DNA from: an uncultured Acidobacteriota bacterium
GTDB lineage: Bacteria; Acidobacteriota; Thermoanaerobaculia; UBA5066; DATFVB01
Assembly (NCBI GenBank): GCA_963813155.1
Contig: CAWEYG010000001.1
Coordinates: 64,001 to 128,000, forward strand
DNA: 64,000 nucleotides
Reading direction: 5' to 3'
Below, one piece after another: positions 1-15,751 of this stretch (position 1 is its first letter; each line of letters starts with the position of its first letter). The notes beneath the pieces were generated by a model. The model did no database searches. It saw only the letters and a program-made list of their open reading frames with translations, and was not told where the DNA came from. The position numbers were made by a program, and so were the translations under genes.

Positions 1-194
1 CTCCCCGCGCGAGGATCGCGGGGCCGGAAAACGAGGTCTCGCGGATTTCGATGGTCGCGACGGATCCGATCTCGCTCGCGGGGCGGCCCTCGGACTTCAC
101 GACGCCCGCGACGCTCGTCGCCGAGCCGAACATCCGGATCCTCGAGCCGAAGGGAATCGTGTCGGTGCACGTCCGCCGGAAAAGAACGGAATGA
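1..194 (+). CDS. C-terminal fragment of YbbR/CdaR-like protein (partial)
   Basis: Frame 3 reads RIAGPENEVSRISMVATDPISLAGRPSDF...IVSVHVRRKRTE*, a YbbR-like pattern. Stop overlaps the glmM start (ATGA), as in cdaA-cdaR-glmM synteny. Confidence 0.7.
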   Translation, partial: PRARIAGPENEVSRISMVATDPISLAGRPSDFTTPATLVAEPNIRILEPKGIVSVHVRRKRTE

Positions 195-1520
195 GGCTGT
201 TCGGGACCGACGGCATCCGCGGCGAGGCCGGGCGGTTTCCCCTCGACGATCCGACGATCTTCCGGGTCGGCCAGCCTGCTCGCTTCCGAGCTCCGGGACA
301 ATCGGAGGGTGATCGTGGGCGGCGACACCCGCGAAAGCACGCCTGGGCTCGTCGCGGCGATCTCGGCCGGCCTCTCGGCGGGAAGAGCCTCCGTCGAGAA
401 CGCGGGCACCGTTCCGACGCCCGCCGTCGCGGATCTCGTCCTGGAGCGCAAGGCGGCGGCGGGAATCTCGATTTCCGCCTCCCACAATCCCTGGCGGGAC
501 AACGGCGTCAAGATCTTCGCGGAGGACGGACGAAAGTGGCCGGACGACGGGGAGCGGGAAATCGAAGCGGGACTCGCGGGCGCCGCCGAAGCCCTGCCGC
601 CGCCCCCGTGGAGCGCGCCGGCCGTCGACCCCTCGCTCGCCGCCCTCGCGCTTCGGCAACTCGCCTCCGCGGCTCCCGGCGGCCTGCCGGGATTTCCCGT
701 CCTTCTCGACTGCGGCAACGGCGCGGCATTCGACCTCGGGCCGAGCGCCTTTCGCGCCGCCGGCGCCCGTGTCGAAGCGATCGCCGCCGAGCCGGACGGC
801 CGGAACATCAACGAGAATTGCGGGGCACTCCATCCGGAGAACCTGGCGTCTCGCGTGACCGGGTCCGGCGCCCGGATGGGAGCCGCGTTCGACGGCGACG
901 CCGATCGCGCGATCCTGTGCGACGAGAAAGGCCGCATTCTCGACGGCGACGACGTCCTCTGGATCCTCGCGCGGAACGAAAAGCGCGCCGGGCGCCTCGA
1001 TCCTCCCGTCGTCGTGGGAACCGTCCTGACGAATTTCGGGCTCGAAACCGCGCTTGCGGGCGAAGGGATCGCGCTCGAGCGCACGCCGGTCGGCGACCGG
1101 AACGTCGTGCGCCGAATGCAGGAGACAGGGGCCTGGCTCGGCGGGGAGCCGTCGGGCCACGTCATTCAGACCCGGCTCTCCCCCACCGGCGACGGCATCC
1201 GGACGGCGCTTTCGATCGCCGCGATCGTCCTTCGATCCGGCGCCGAGCTCTCGCGGCTCGCGGACCTCGTCAAGACCCCCCAGGTGCAAAGGAACGTCCG
1301 CGTCGCGCGGCGCGTGCCGCTCGACGAAATCGCGATTCTCGCGTCGGAGGTCGCGCGCGCGGAGCAGGAGCTCGCCGGCCGCGGCCGGGTGCTGCTGCGC
1401 TACTCCGGCACGGAGCCCCTCCTCCGCGTGATGGTCGAAGGAGAAGACGCGGCCCAGGTTTCGGCCAGCGCGGCGCGCCTCTGCGAGGTCGCGGAGCGGG
1501 AGCTCGGGGTTCGGAGCTAG
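191..1520 (+). CDS. glmM: Phosphoglucosamine mutase (apparent +1 frameshift near 275)
   Basis: LFGTDGIRG in one frame; GDTRES, ISASHNP, DGDADR, GGEPSGH and RYSGTEP in the next frame. Confidence 0.93.
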
Positions 1521-1533
1521 GTCCCGCCCCGTT

Positions 1534-2221
1534 CTAGGTTTCCCGGAAAATCGTGTCGTGCGGCTTCGAGCGCTCGCTCTCGGGGCGGCCGTTCGAGTAG
1601 TAGTAGAACGACACGGATTTTCGCGACGTCCCCGGCCGGGCACGCCAGGGGCGCGGGTGGCCGTGGAACGAAAAATCCGTCGTCGAGAACACGACGGTGC
1701 GGTTGAAGACCGGAAGGATCTTCTGCACGCAGCGCGTCATGTCCCGGTCCCACAGCTCCAGGTGCCCCCCGTATTCTTCCTTCCAGTCCCGGTTCAGGTA
1801 GACGAGCAGCGTTCAATCGCCGGTCGAGCTGGAGGATCGGGTGCCAGTTGAAATCGCTGTGGACCTTCAGAAATCCTCCCGGCAGGATCTGGTGGGGGCC
1901 GCCTCCCCCGAAATACGGATCGGGGATCAGCCCCGAGATTCCCGTCAGCTTCTCGAGGAACTCGAGCACGCGCCACGAGTTCATGAATTCCATGAACGCC
2001 CGGATGCGCGGCCCGACGACGCTCGTGCGGTGGTCATAGCCGAGCTTCTTCTCCTCGGCGTTGTCGAACGACCTCCAGCCAGGCTCCTCGGCCGAGGGAA
2101 ACTCCGCGAGAACGCCATCCAACTCCGAATCGGGAAACAGCCCGTCCAGGACGATGTGCGGGAACGGCTCGGCCGAGACGTATCGACTCCGAAGCGTGCT
2201 CGGATCGGCGAGAAGCCTCAA
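1534..2221 (-). CDS. 2OG-Fe(II) oxygenase, prolyl-hydroxylase-like (frameshift near 1810)
   Basis: PFPHIVLD, GGGPHQI..GGFLKVHSDFN, then LLVYLNRDWKEEYGGHLELW, FNR, HG and RKS after the shift. Confidence 0.85.
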
Positions 2222-2236
2222 CTCCGGCGGCGCGCC

Positions 2237-2455
2237 CTAGCGCTCGATCACGTCGGAGAGCGTGCCCGTCTCGTCTTCCGGTTCGTTGAAGATGAGGCCG
2301 GTCTGGGAGATCGGCGCGAAGACCGTGTGCTGGCGGCCGGAGAATTCCATCCACAGCTCGTAGTAGCCGTTCGGAAGGATCGCGACGAGTGTCGCGGGCT
2401 TGTTCTTGATCTCCATCGCGGGCGAAAAGACGATGACCTTCGAGGGCAAGTCCAT
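2237..2455 (-). CDS. Small hypothetical protein (72 aa)
   Basis: AGGAG RBS, protein-like composition, co-oriented within the ligA operon. Confidence 0.75.
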   Translation of the reverse strand: MDLPSKVIVFSPAMEIKNKPATLVAILPNGYYELWMEFSGRQHTVFAPISQTGLIFNEPEDETGTLSDVIER

Positions 2456-2477
2456 GGGGATTCCTCCTTCGCCCTCG

Positions 2478-7813
<5,336 letters not shown>

Positions 7814-7817
<4 letters not shown>

Positions 7818-8788
7818 ACGCCTTCTGGAGCGGGCTCAACGCCTCCGTCCGCCGTCCCCACTTCGCGATCGCGGTGTGGCTCGTGGAGGCCGGGCTGGCT
7901 GCCGTGCTCGCGCTCCCAATCTCGAACTTCCTGCACGCGGAATTGAATCACTCGACCGAGCGCGGAGGGATGATCTCTTCACCGAACCTCGCCTGGTGGC
8001 AGGCGGAACGGCGCGAGCATCCCGATCTCGCGGGAAACTTCCCCGAGGCGGCGCTCTCGCTCGTTTCACCGGGCGGGGCCGCGGGCTTCTCCTCCTTCAC
8101 CGGGACGAAGGGAATCGCGGCCACGTTTCTCGGCCTCGGCATCCTCGGGGTCGTTTTCCATGCGTTCCTTCTCGGCGGGATTTTCGGGAGCCTGCACGAC
8201 GAGCAGGGAAACAATCTCGCGATCTTCGCGCGGGAGGGCGCTCGCCGGCTCCCCGCTTTTCTGATCGTGACGATCCTCGCGGCCTCGCTGTGCGCGGGGC
8301 TGTATCACTCCGTCTACTACCTGAGCGGGCGCGCGCTCCGCGCTTTTTCCCTGGATCTCCCCGCCGAAGGAAAAGCGCTCGCGTTCGTCGCCCTGCGCGT
8401 GGCGGCCCTGTTCGCCTGCCTGACGGTCGTCAAGATCGCCGCCGACGCGATCCGCGTCGCGCTCGTCGAGAGGCCCGATCTTCCGCCCGTGACCCGCTAC
8501 ATCGTCGGAATCGGGTCCGCGCTCGGGAGGCTTCCGTCGATCGTCGCCACGCTCGCGCTCGCGACGCTCTCGACGGGATTGCTCTTCTTCCTCTGGTCGC
8601 GGCTCTCGGTGAATTCCGCGGCGACGACGACCGGCGGCGTCGTGCTCCTCGTCGCGGCCCAGCAGGTCTTCGTCTTCCTCCGGTCCATTCTCAAGGTCGG
8701 CTACTACGCCGGCCTGCGGGACACGATTCTCCGGCGCTCGGGTGCGGCGCCCGCCCCGGCCCCCGGCGCGGCGAGGATCGAAGAATGA
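7814..8788 (+). CDS. Multi-pass membrane protein
   Basis: GTG start overlaps the upstream stop; about six hydrophobic segments. Confidence 0.8.
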
Positions 8789-9495
8789 AATCGCCCCTCT
8801 CGGGGAAGACGGCGCTCGTCACGGGAGCCTCTTCCGGTCTCGGCCGGGCGCTCGCGCTCGAGCTCTCCGGCCGCGGCGTGAACGTGTTCCTCGTCGCCCG
8901 GAGGGAGCCCGAGCTGCGATCCGCGGCGGAGGAAATTCGCGCGGCGGGAGGCCAGGCCGAGTTCTATGCGTGCGACCTGAGATCCCTCCCGGCCGTGTTC
9001 GACCTCGTCGACATCGCTCTCTCGCGGCTGAAGAGGCTCGACATCCTCGTCAACAATGCCGGCGTGGGCTTCCAGGCCCCGCTTCTCGGAACGAAGCGCT
9101 CGCAGATCGCGGAGGCGATCGAGACCAACCTTTGCGCTCCGATCTACCTCACGCAGGCGGCGCTTCCCGCGCTCCTTCGCGCGGTCCCGTCGGAGATCGT
9201 CAACGTCGCCGCGCTGACGGGCCTCCACGCCTCGGCCGAAGCGACGGTTTTTTGCGCGACGAAATTCGGGCTCGTCGGATTCTCGCGAGCCCTCGCGATG
9301 GAGCTCCAGCCCGCCGGGATTCGCGTCACGACGTTTTGCCCCGGCTCGATCGACACGCCGATGCTCGACAATTTTTCCGCGCGGCCGGGGCCCGAGGGCC
9401 GGCTCGCGCCGGCCGAGGCGGCGAAAATCATCGCTCAAGCTCTCGAGACGCCTCCGGGAATCCTGCACGGCGAGATCGCGATCCGCCACCAATGA
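8785..9495 (+). CDS. SDR-family oxidoreductase-like protein (YxxxK reads FCATK)
   Basis: TGASSGLG, DILVNNAG and CPG..DT motifs. Confidence 0.88.
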   Translation: MKSPLSGKTALVTGASSGLGRALALELSGRGVNVFLVARREPELRSAAEEIRAAGGQAEFYACDLRSLPAVFDLVDIALSRLKRLDILVNNAGVGFQAPLLGTKRSQIAEAIETNLCAPIYLTQAALPALLRAVPSEIVNVAALTGLHASAEATVFCATKFGLVGFSRALAMELQPAGIRVTTFCPGSIDTPMLDNFSARPGPEGRLAPAEAAKIIAQALETPPGILHGEIAIRHQ

Positions 9496-10172
9496 AGACC
9501 ATCCTGATCGCGGACGACCTCCCCGCCCATCTCGACCTCTTCGAAGTCATCCTCCAGCGAGCGGACTGCCGCCTGCTTCGGGCGGAGGACGGCGTTGCCG
9601 CCCTCCGGCTCGCGCGCGAGGAAACGCCGGACCTCGTCTTTCTCGACATCGAAATGCCGGGCATGAACGGCGGAGAGGTCTGCCGTGTGATCAAGGCCGA
9701 CCCCCGGTCAAAATCGGTACCGGTCGTTCTCGTGTCCTCCCACGACGGGGCGGAAATCGCGCAGAAATGCGGCGCCGACCAGTTCCTGCCAAAGCCCGTC
9801 GAGGAACCGGTGCTGCTCGGAACGCTCGAGAAATACCTCCAGCTCCACGCGCGGGGCGAAGACCGCCTCGCGGTCGAATGGCCGATCGCCTTCTGGCGAG
9901 AGGGAAACTCGCACCACGGCCGCATGCTCGACATCTCGCGCACGGGATTCTTCCTCGAGGCTTCGCCGCCGCAGTCGATCGGGGCGCGGCTCGCGATCTC
10001 GTTCGCGCTCCCGGAGGGCGCCGACGGGGGCCGGGGCTTCGTGGGCGAAGCGATCGTGGTTCGTTGGGAGGACGCCGTCCGGCGCGGAATGGGATGCCGG
10101 TTCTTCCGGACGACGCAGACCGGACAGTCCGCGATCGAACGCTACTTCGCTTCGCTCCCCGCCGAGTCCTGA
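9492..10172 (+). CDS. Response regulator, receiver + PilZ domain
   Basis: LIADD, LDIEMPG and KP; PilZ motifs RGEDR and DISRTG. Confidence 0.88.
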   Translation: MKTILIADDLPAHLDLFEVILQRADCRLLRAEDGVAALRLAREETPDLVFLDIEMPGMNGGEVCRVIKADPRSKSVPVVLVSSHDGAEIAQKCGADQFLPKPVEEPVLLGTLEKYLQLHARGEDRLAVEWPIAFWREGNSHHGRMLDISRTGFFLEASPPQSIGARLAISFALPEGADGGRGFVGEAIVVRWEDAVRRGMGCRFFRTTQTGQSAIERYFASLPAES

Positions 10173-10588
10173 AGGGAAACCAGCTCGATGCCGGCATCGC
10201 GAGCGACGCGGAGCGACCGCTCGTCGCGATAGAACTCCCCGTAGTAGATCTTCCGGATCCCCCCGTTCGCAATGAGCTTGAAGCAGCCCCAGCAGGGCGA
10301 AGCCGTCGTGTAGATCTCGGCGCCGGCGATCCGGACGCCGTTCTTCGCCGCCTGCAGGATCGCGTTCGCCTCCGCGTGGACGGTCGCGACGCAGTGTCCG
10401 TCTTCCATCATGCACCCGACGTCCTCGCAATGCGGCAGGCCGGGAAGCGAACCGTTGTAGCCTGTCGACAGAATGGTCCGGTCGCGAACGATCACCGCGC
10501 CGACGTGCTTGCGCGGACACGTCGACCGGGTCGCCGCCTGTCGGGCGATGTTCATGAAGTAGGTGTTCCAATCCACGCGAGTCGTCAT
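10142..10588 (-). CDS. dCMP deaminase family protein (ComEB-like)
   Basis: RSTC, TGYNG, HAEANA and PCWGC zinc motifs. Confidence 0.92.
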   Translation of the reverse strand: MTTRVDWNTYFMNIARQAATRSTCPRKHVGAVIVRDRTILSTGYNGSLPGLPHCEDVGCMMEDGHCVATVHAEANAILQAAKNGVRIAGAEIYTTASPCWGCFKLIANGGIRKIYYGEFYRDERSLRVARDAGIELVSLQDSAGSEAK

Positions 10589-10628
10589 CGAAAAAAGCTC
10601 TCGCCTCCTCGGTTATGATGGAAATTAT

Positions 10629-11855
10629 ATGTTGGACAGGCGCGTCGTCGTGACGGGACTGGGAGCCGTGACGTCCATCGGCGCGGACCTGGAATCCACC
10701 TGGAAGGCCCTCGTCGAGGGGAAGTGCGGCATCGGACCGCTCACGCTCTTCGATCCCGCGCTGTACCGAACGCAGACGGCCGCGGAAGTGAAACAGATCC
10801 GCGACGACTTTATCGCGCCGGCGGTTCGGCGGCGGATGTCGCGAGCGGACCGGATCGGAATCATTGCGGCGCGGGAAGCGCTCGCGAGCTCCGGAATCGA
10901 CGTCTCCGCGGAAGACCCGCACCGGATCGGGGTCATCCTCGGCGGGGGCGTTTCGGGGCTGCTCGACTCCGAGGCGAACTACGGCGAGCTGCTCCGGGGA
11001 AAAAAACCCCGCCCGTCCCGGTTCCTGAACCATCAACCGGACGCGATCACCGATCGCATCTCGCAGTTCTTCGGCCTTCGGGGCATCAAGTCCACGATCA
11101 CCACCGCGTGCTCCTCCTCCGCGGTGTCGATGGGATACGCGTTCGACGCGATCCGCATGGGCCTGGCGGACGTCGTCCTGACCGGGGGATCGGATGTCCT
11201 CGCGCGGCTCACGTACGCGGGCTTCAATTCCCTGCGCTCCGTGGACCCGGAGCCCTGCCGTCCGTTCGACCGGAACCGCAAGGGCCTGTCGATCGGAGAG
11301 GCGGCGGGGATTCTCGTGTTCGAGGAGGCGGGGCGAGCCCGCCGCCGGGGCGCGCCGATCCTCGCGGAATTCCGGGGCTACGGGGTCACCTCCGACTCGT
11401 ACCACATGACGGCCCCGGAGCCGTCCGGGCGGGCCGGCGCGAGAACCATCGCGGCGGCGCTTCGATCCGCGCGCCTCGACCCGTCGCAGATCGATTACAT
11501 CAACGCGCACGGCACCGCGACGCCGGCCAACGACTCGGCCGAGAGCGCCGCGATCAAAGTCGCCCTCGGAGAACGCGCGAGGAAAATTCCGGTCTCCTCC
11601 ACGAAATCGATGCTCGGGCATACGCTGTGCGCGGCCGGAGGCATCGAGGGCGTGATCTCGGTTCTCGCGATTCGCGACGGCATCGCGCCCCCCACGATTC
11701 ACCTGGAGGAGCCCGATCCGGAGTGCGACCTCGACTACGTTTCCTCCGGCGCGCGAAATCTCGAGATCCGGGCCGTGCTGTCGAACTCGTTCGCCTTCGG
11801 GGGCAACAGCGCCGTCGTCGCGTTCTCGCGGTTCGAATCCGGATCTCACGCTTGA
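10629..11855 (+). CDS. Beta-ketoacyl-ACP synthase (FabF/type II PKS KS)
   Basis: Intact Cys-His-His triad (TACSS, HGTAT, GHTL) and NSFAFGG. Confidence 0.92.
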   Translation: MLDRRVVVTGLGAVTSIGADLESTWKALVEGKCGIGPLTLFDPALYRTQTAAEVKQIRDDFIAPAVRRRMSRADRIGIIAAREALASSGIDVSAEDPHRIGVILGGGVSGLLDSEANYGELLRGKKPRPSRFLNHQPDAITDRISQFFGLRGIKSTITTACSSSAVSMGYAFDAIRMGLADVVLTGGSDVLARLTYAGFNSLRSVDPEPCRPFDRNRKGLSIGEAAGILVFEEAGRARRRGAPILAEFRGYGVTSDSYHMTAPEPSGRAGARTIAAALRSARLDPSQIDYINAHGTATPANDSAESAAIKVALGERARKIPVSSTKSMLGHTLCAAGGIEGVISVLAIRDGIAPPTIHLEEPDPECDLDYVSSGARNLEIRAVLSNSFAFGGNSAVVAFSRFESGSHA

Positions 11856-12952
11856 CGGCCGTCGTCACCGGCATCGGCGCGGTCTCGAGCCTGGGGCGCG
11901 GGGTCGACGCCTTCTTTCGGCGCCTCCGGGCGGGAGACTGCGCGATCCGGCCGTTCCTGCCGGACGAGCACCCGGGGATCGAGGCGGAAGGCGTCGCGCG
12001 CGTGGACGGCTGGACGCCCCAGCCGGAGATTCCGGCCGGAAGAGCCCGGCGGATGGACCGGGGATCGCAATTCGCGGTCGTCGCGAGCCTCGAGGCCGTG
12101 CGCGACGCAAACTATTCCCTCGAAGAGCGCCCGGACCGGCTGGGAATCGCGCTCGGCACGGGGTCGGCGGGATCCGGCGCGTTGACCGAGTTCATTCGTG
12201 TGCTCTTCGTGGAGTCCCCCGAAGCCGCGCCGCCATTTCATTTTCCGAACACGATCGCCAACGGACCGGCGTCGCAGGTCTCGCTCGAGCTCAAGTTCCT
12301 GGGACCCAACGCCACGATCACCCAAAAGGACCCTTCCGCGTTGAACGCCGCGATCTACGCGGTCGGCTGTCTGGAAGACGGCCGCGCGGACGCGATGCTC
12401 GCGGGAGGCGTCGACGAATGGAACGCGGTTTACTCGCTCGCGATGGGACAGATGCGCGCGCTTCGAGGCCCCGGCATGCGCTCGGGGATCGTGCAGGGGG
12501 AAGGGTGCTACGTCGCGCTCCTGGAGACCGAAGAGGGCGCGAGTGCTCGCGGCGCGAGGATCCGGGCGCGGCTCACCGGCTTCGGGTTCGCCGGCTCCCC
12601 GTCGCCGCCCTACGCCTACGCGCCCGACGCGGGCGCGGCCGAAAGGGCGATGCGCGACGCGCTGGATCGGGCCGGATGGGAGGCCTCCTCGGTGGATCTC
12701 GTCCTCGCCACGCGCAACGGCAGAATCGAGATGGACGAAATCGAATGCCGCGTCCTCGACCGGCTGTTCGGAGGACGGATCCCCGAGACGGTCGCCGTGA
12801 AGGCCCAGATCGGCGAAATGGCCGCCGCGGGCGGCGCCCAGATCGTCGCGGCCTGCCGCCTGTTCGCCGAGGACGGCGGACCGCGGCGGGCCCTCGTCAA
12901 CTCCTTCGGGGCCGGCGGAAACTTCATTTCTCTCGTGCTGGAGCGCGGATGA
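11852..12952 (+). CDS. Ketosynthase-like chain-length-factor partner (inactive KS)
   Basis: KS fold (VVTGIG, FPNTIAN, GEG, NSFGAGG) with the catalytic motifs replaced: QKDPS, TRNG, GEM. Confidence 0.8.
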   Translation: MTAVVTGIGAVSSLGRGVDAFFRRLRAGDCAIRPFLPDEHPGIEAEGVARVDGWTPQPEIPAGRARRMDRGSQFAVVASLEAVRDANYSLEERPDRLGIALGTGSAGSGALTEFIRVLFVESPEAAPPFHFPNTIANGPASQVSLELKFLGPNATITQKDPSALNAAIYAVGCLEDGRADAMLAGGVDEWNAVYSLAMGQMRALRGPGMRSGIVQGEGCYVALLETEEGASARGARIRARLTGFGFAGSPSPPYAYAPDAGAAERAMRDALDRAGWEASSVDLVLATRNGRIEMDEIECRVLDRLFGGRIPETVAVKAQIGEMAAAGGAQIVAACRLFAEDGGPRRALVNSFGAGGNFISLVLERG

Positions 12953-13413
12953 GCGGAGTCCGCGCCCGCGAGGTTCTCGAAGGCTTTCGAATGGAGATCC
13001 CCGTGCGGTTCTCCGAGTGCGATCTCTACGGCGTCGTGTGGCACGGGCGTTACGCCGTGTACCTCGAGGAGATCCGGAACGCGGTCTGCGCGAAATACGG
13101 CTGGAGCGTCGCGACGGCCCGGGAGCGCGGCTACCTCGTCCCCGTCACCCGCATGGAAATTCTCTACCGCTCGCCTGCGCGCCTCGATTCGAAGGTCGCG
13201 GTCACCGCGCGCCTCCGCGCTGCGTCCGTCGCGAGGATCGTCTTCGATTACCAGGTTCGCGACCGCACCGGCCGACTGCTGACCGAGGCGGTCACCGAAC
13301 AGGTCGTCACGCGCGAAGACGGCGAGCTCCTCGTCTCGCTGCCGGAACCGATTCGCGCTCTCCTCGACCAGATCCTTCGCGGCCAGGACGACCCGGCGCA
13401 GCGCGAACTGTAG
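12949..13413 (+). CDS. Hotdog-fold acyl-CoA/ACP thioesterase (YbgC/4HBT-like)
   Basis: VRFSECDLYGVVWHGRYAVYLE motif. Confidence 0.9.
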   Translation: MSGVRAREVLEGFRMEIPVRFSECDLYGVVWHGRYAVYLEEIRNAVCAKYGWSVATARERGYLVPVTRMEILYRSPARLDSKVAVTARLRAASVARIVFDYQVRDRTGRLLTEAVTEQVVTREDGELLVSLPEPIRALLDQILRGQDDPAQREL

Positions 13414-13568
13414 GAGAACTCGCTCGCCGAACCTCGCGGCTCAGCCCCAGCGCCAGCTCGGCAAGTTCTTCGACCCTCGGCCGCAGTTCGCTTTCCCTCG
13501 GGATCTCAGAGACCAGCCTGCGCCGACGCGTTAGCCCCGGCCGCTCGGCCGGCTTCGCTCGGGCGCAG

Positions 13569-14433
13569 CTAGTGGAAAATGCAGTCCACGGGTTCCTCGC
13601 CCGCGAACGACGGCTCGATGTAAGAAGGGTCGTTCGAGTGGTTGTTCGTCACCGATCCGTACGCGAAGAAGTACGGCCGGGACCCCGACTCGGCCGAGCT
13701 CGAGGACACGAGGTGCGCGCGGGCGGAGAAGCCCCCGCCTCTCGAGCCGAAGGAGGCGAGCGCCCGGTTCCACTGCACGTGCCCGAGCGGAGGAAGCGTC
13801 GCCTGCAGCGACCCGACCGCGAGCCCCTCCGGATCGAAGAAATCGACCTCGATGACGACCGACGTCGACGGATCCGAGCCGTTCCAGACGCCGACGTTCG
13901 TCCGGAAATCGTCGCTCTCCTCGAGGCCGGTCAGAACGAGAGCGTCCGCGCCGACCGCGGCGGCGCCGGGGTTCGCCTGGTCGTAATAGGGCGAGCCGGT
14001 CTCGAGCGTGCCGACCCCGCCGGCCGACGCGTCGTGAACCCGGGCCTGGACGATCAGCGGAGCGACGACGGCGGGAGCGTCCGCGCGCGACCCGAAATAC
14101 AGCATCGCGCCGAGCGCCGTCGAAAGCCCGAAACCGTTGAGCAGAACGTCCGGCGCGATCAAAGAGCCGCGGGCGGGAATCGGCCCGAGCTCGACCACGT
14201 TGCCCAGCGCGTCGCGATTGTCCGAACCGCCGGTCGGCAGGAAGACGAAGTCGACGAGCGCCGGGGAATCGCCGGCATTCCAGATCGTCAGGTCGGTCAC
14301 CCACGCTCGAGCCGAACGCGCCCGCCGTGCGTCCGACGCTGAGGAGCACTCCCTGGTCCGACGATCGGAATCCCGCGCGGCAGACTCCGGCGCCGAATAT
14401 CGTGATGACAAAGGCAGCCGTGACACCCTTCAT
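13569..14433 (-). CDS. Secreted hypothetical protein (frameshift near 14304)
   Basis: Signal peptide and VGRTAGAFGSS in one frame; WVTDLTIWN...FRTNVGVWN...NNHSNDP in the next. Confidence 0.75.
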
Positions 14434-15742
14434 GCGGACTCCTCCTGCGCCCTCTCGGGCAGGCGAACGGAAACCGAGGTCCCCTCGCCGGCTCGCGACG
14501 AGATCGACAACGTTCCGCCGTGCTCCTGGACGATTCGCGAAGCGACCATGAGGCCCAGACCGCTGCCCCCTTCTTCGTCGTGAAGAAGAGGGACGGGATC
14601 TTCCGAAGGGTTTCCTCCGGAATGCCCTCGCCGCGGTCGGTCACGCGGATTTCCACCGCGCCGTCGACTCGGAGGGCGGCGAGGACGACCTCCTTCCGGA
14701 AAGCCGGTCCGGCCGCCTCCGTCGAGGCGTCGACCGCGTTGCGGATCAGGTTCCAGACCACCTGCCGGATCTTGCCGCTGTCCCAGCGGACCGTCCCCTC
14801 GGGAACCGCCTCGCAGCGGACGTCGACTCCCCTTCCCTTCGACTCGAACGAAGCGAGATCGCAGGTCTCCTTCAGAAACGAAAGAGCGAGAAATCCTCGA
14901 GCCGCAGGGGCGACGGCCGCGCATAAGCCAGGAAATCGCCGACGAGCCGGTCCAGACGCTTCACTTCGGACCTCGTCAGAGAGAACCTCTCCGTTTCGCC
15001 GGGATAATTGTCCTGCAGGTTCTGGAGACTCAGCCCGATCGCGTGAAGAGGATTTCGAATCTCGTGCGCGAGCCCCGCCGCGACCTCGCCGAGCTCGCGG
15101 AATTTCCGATCGTCCGCTCGCGCGAGCTCGAGCTTCCGATTCCGCTCGAGAAGCCTCCAGAGAAACACGTCCGTCGCCGCCAGGGCCGCGAGGCGCGATG
15201 AGCCCGCAGAAAGCGGTCTTCCTCACGAGGTCGGATCGCAGGGACTTCAGCCGCGCTTCGACGGCGTCCTTGGACACCCCGACGTGGACGAATCCGATGT
15301 TCTCGATCGGGACCGCGATGTCGTAGTCGCGCGAGGTCTCCGTCGATCGGCGGCCGGTGCCGTCGGGCAGATCCAGCGAAGGGGTCGGACGCTCGTCGAA
15401 GAACTCCCGCCTTCCCTCCGCGCGCCCCTCGTAGAGGCGGCGGCCGTCGCGGTCCGTGACGGCGATGTACTCCACCGTTCGCTTCTCCTGCAGCACCGAA
15501 TGCAGGTAGAGCTCCGTTTCCTTCGTTCTTTCGCTCACCCGCAGCGCGGCGGACGGCGACGCGAGCTTCCGGGCGATCGACTCGGCGTCCGCCCGCGACT
15601 CCTCGAGCGCCGACGCGACGAACCGGGACGAAAGCGAGCGAAAAATGAGAATGGAAAAGGCGGCGAGAACGAGCAGGAAGAGCAGGCCCGACGCGATCGA
15701 GACGGCGAGAAGGCGACGTTCGAAACGGCGGGCCGCGTCCAC
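14430..15742 (-). CDS. Membrane sensor histidine kinase (frameshifts near 15192, 14880 and 14570)
   Basis: Two TM helices; LAHEIRNPL, NLIRNA, DRGEGI, FFTTK and GSGLGL spread over three frames. Confidence 0.85.
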
Positions 15743-15751
15743 GCGATTATT

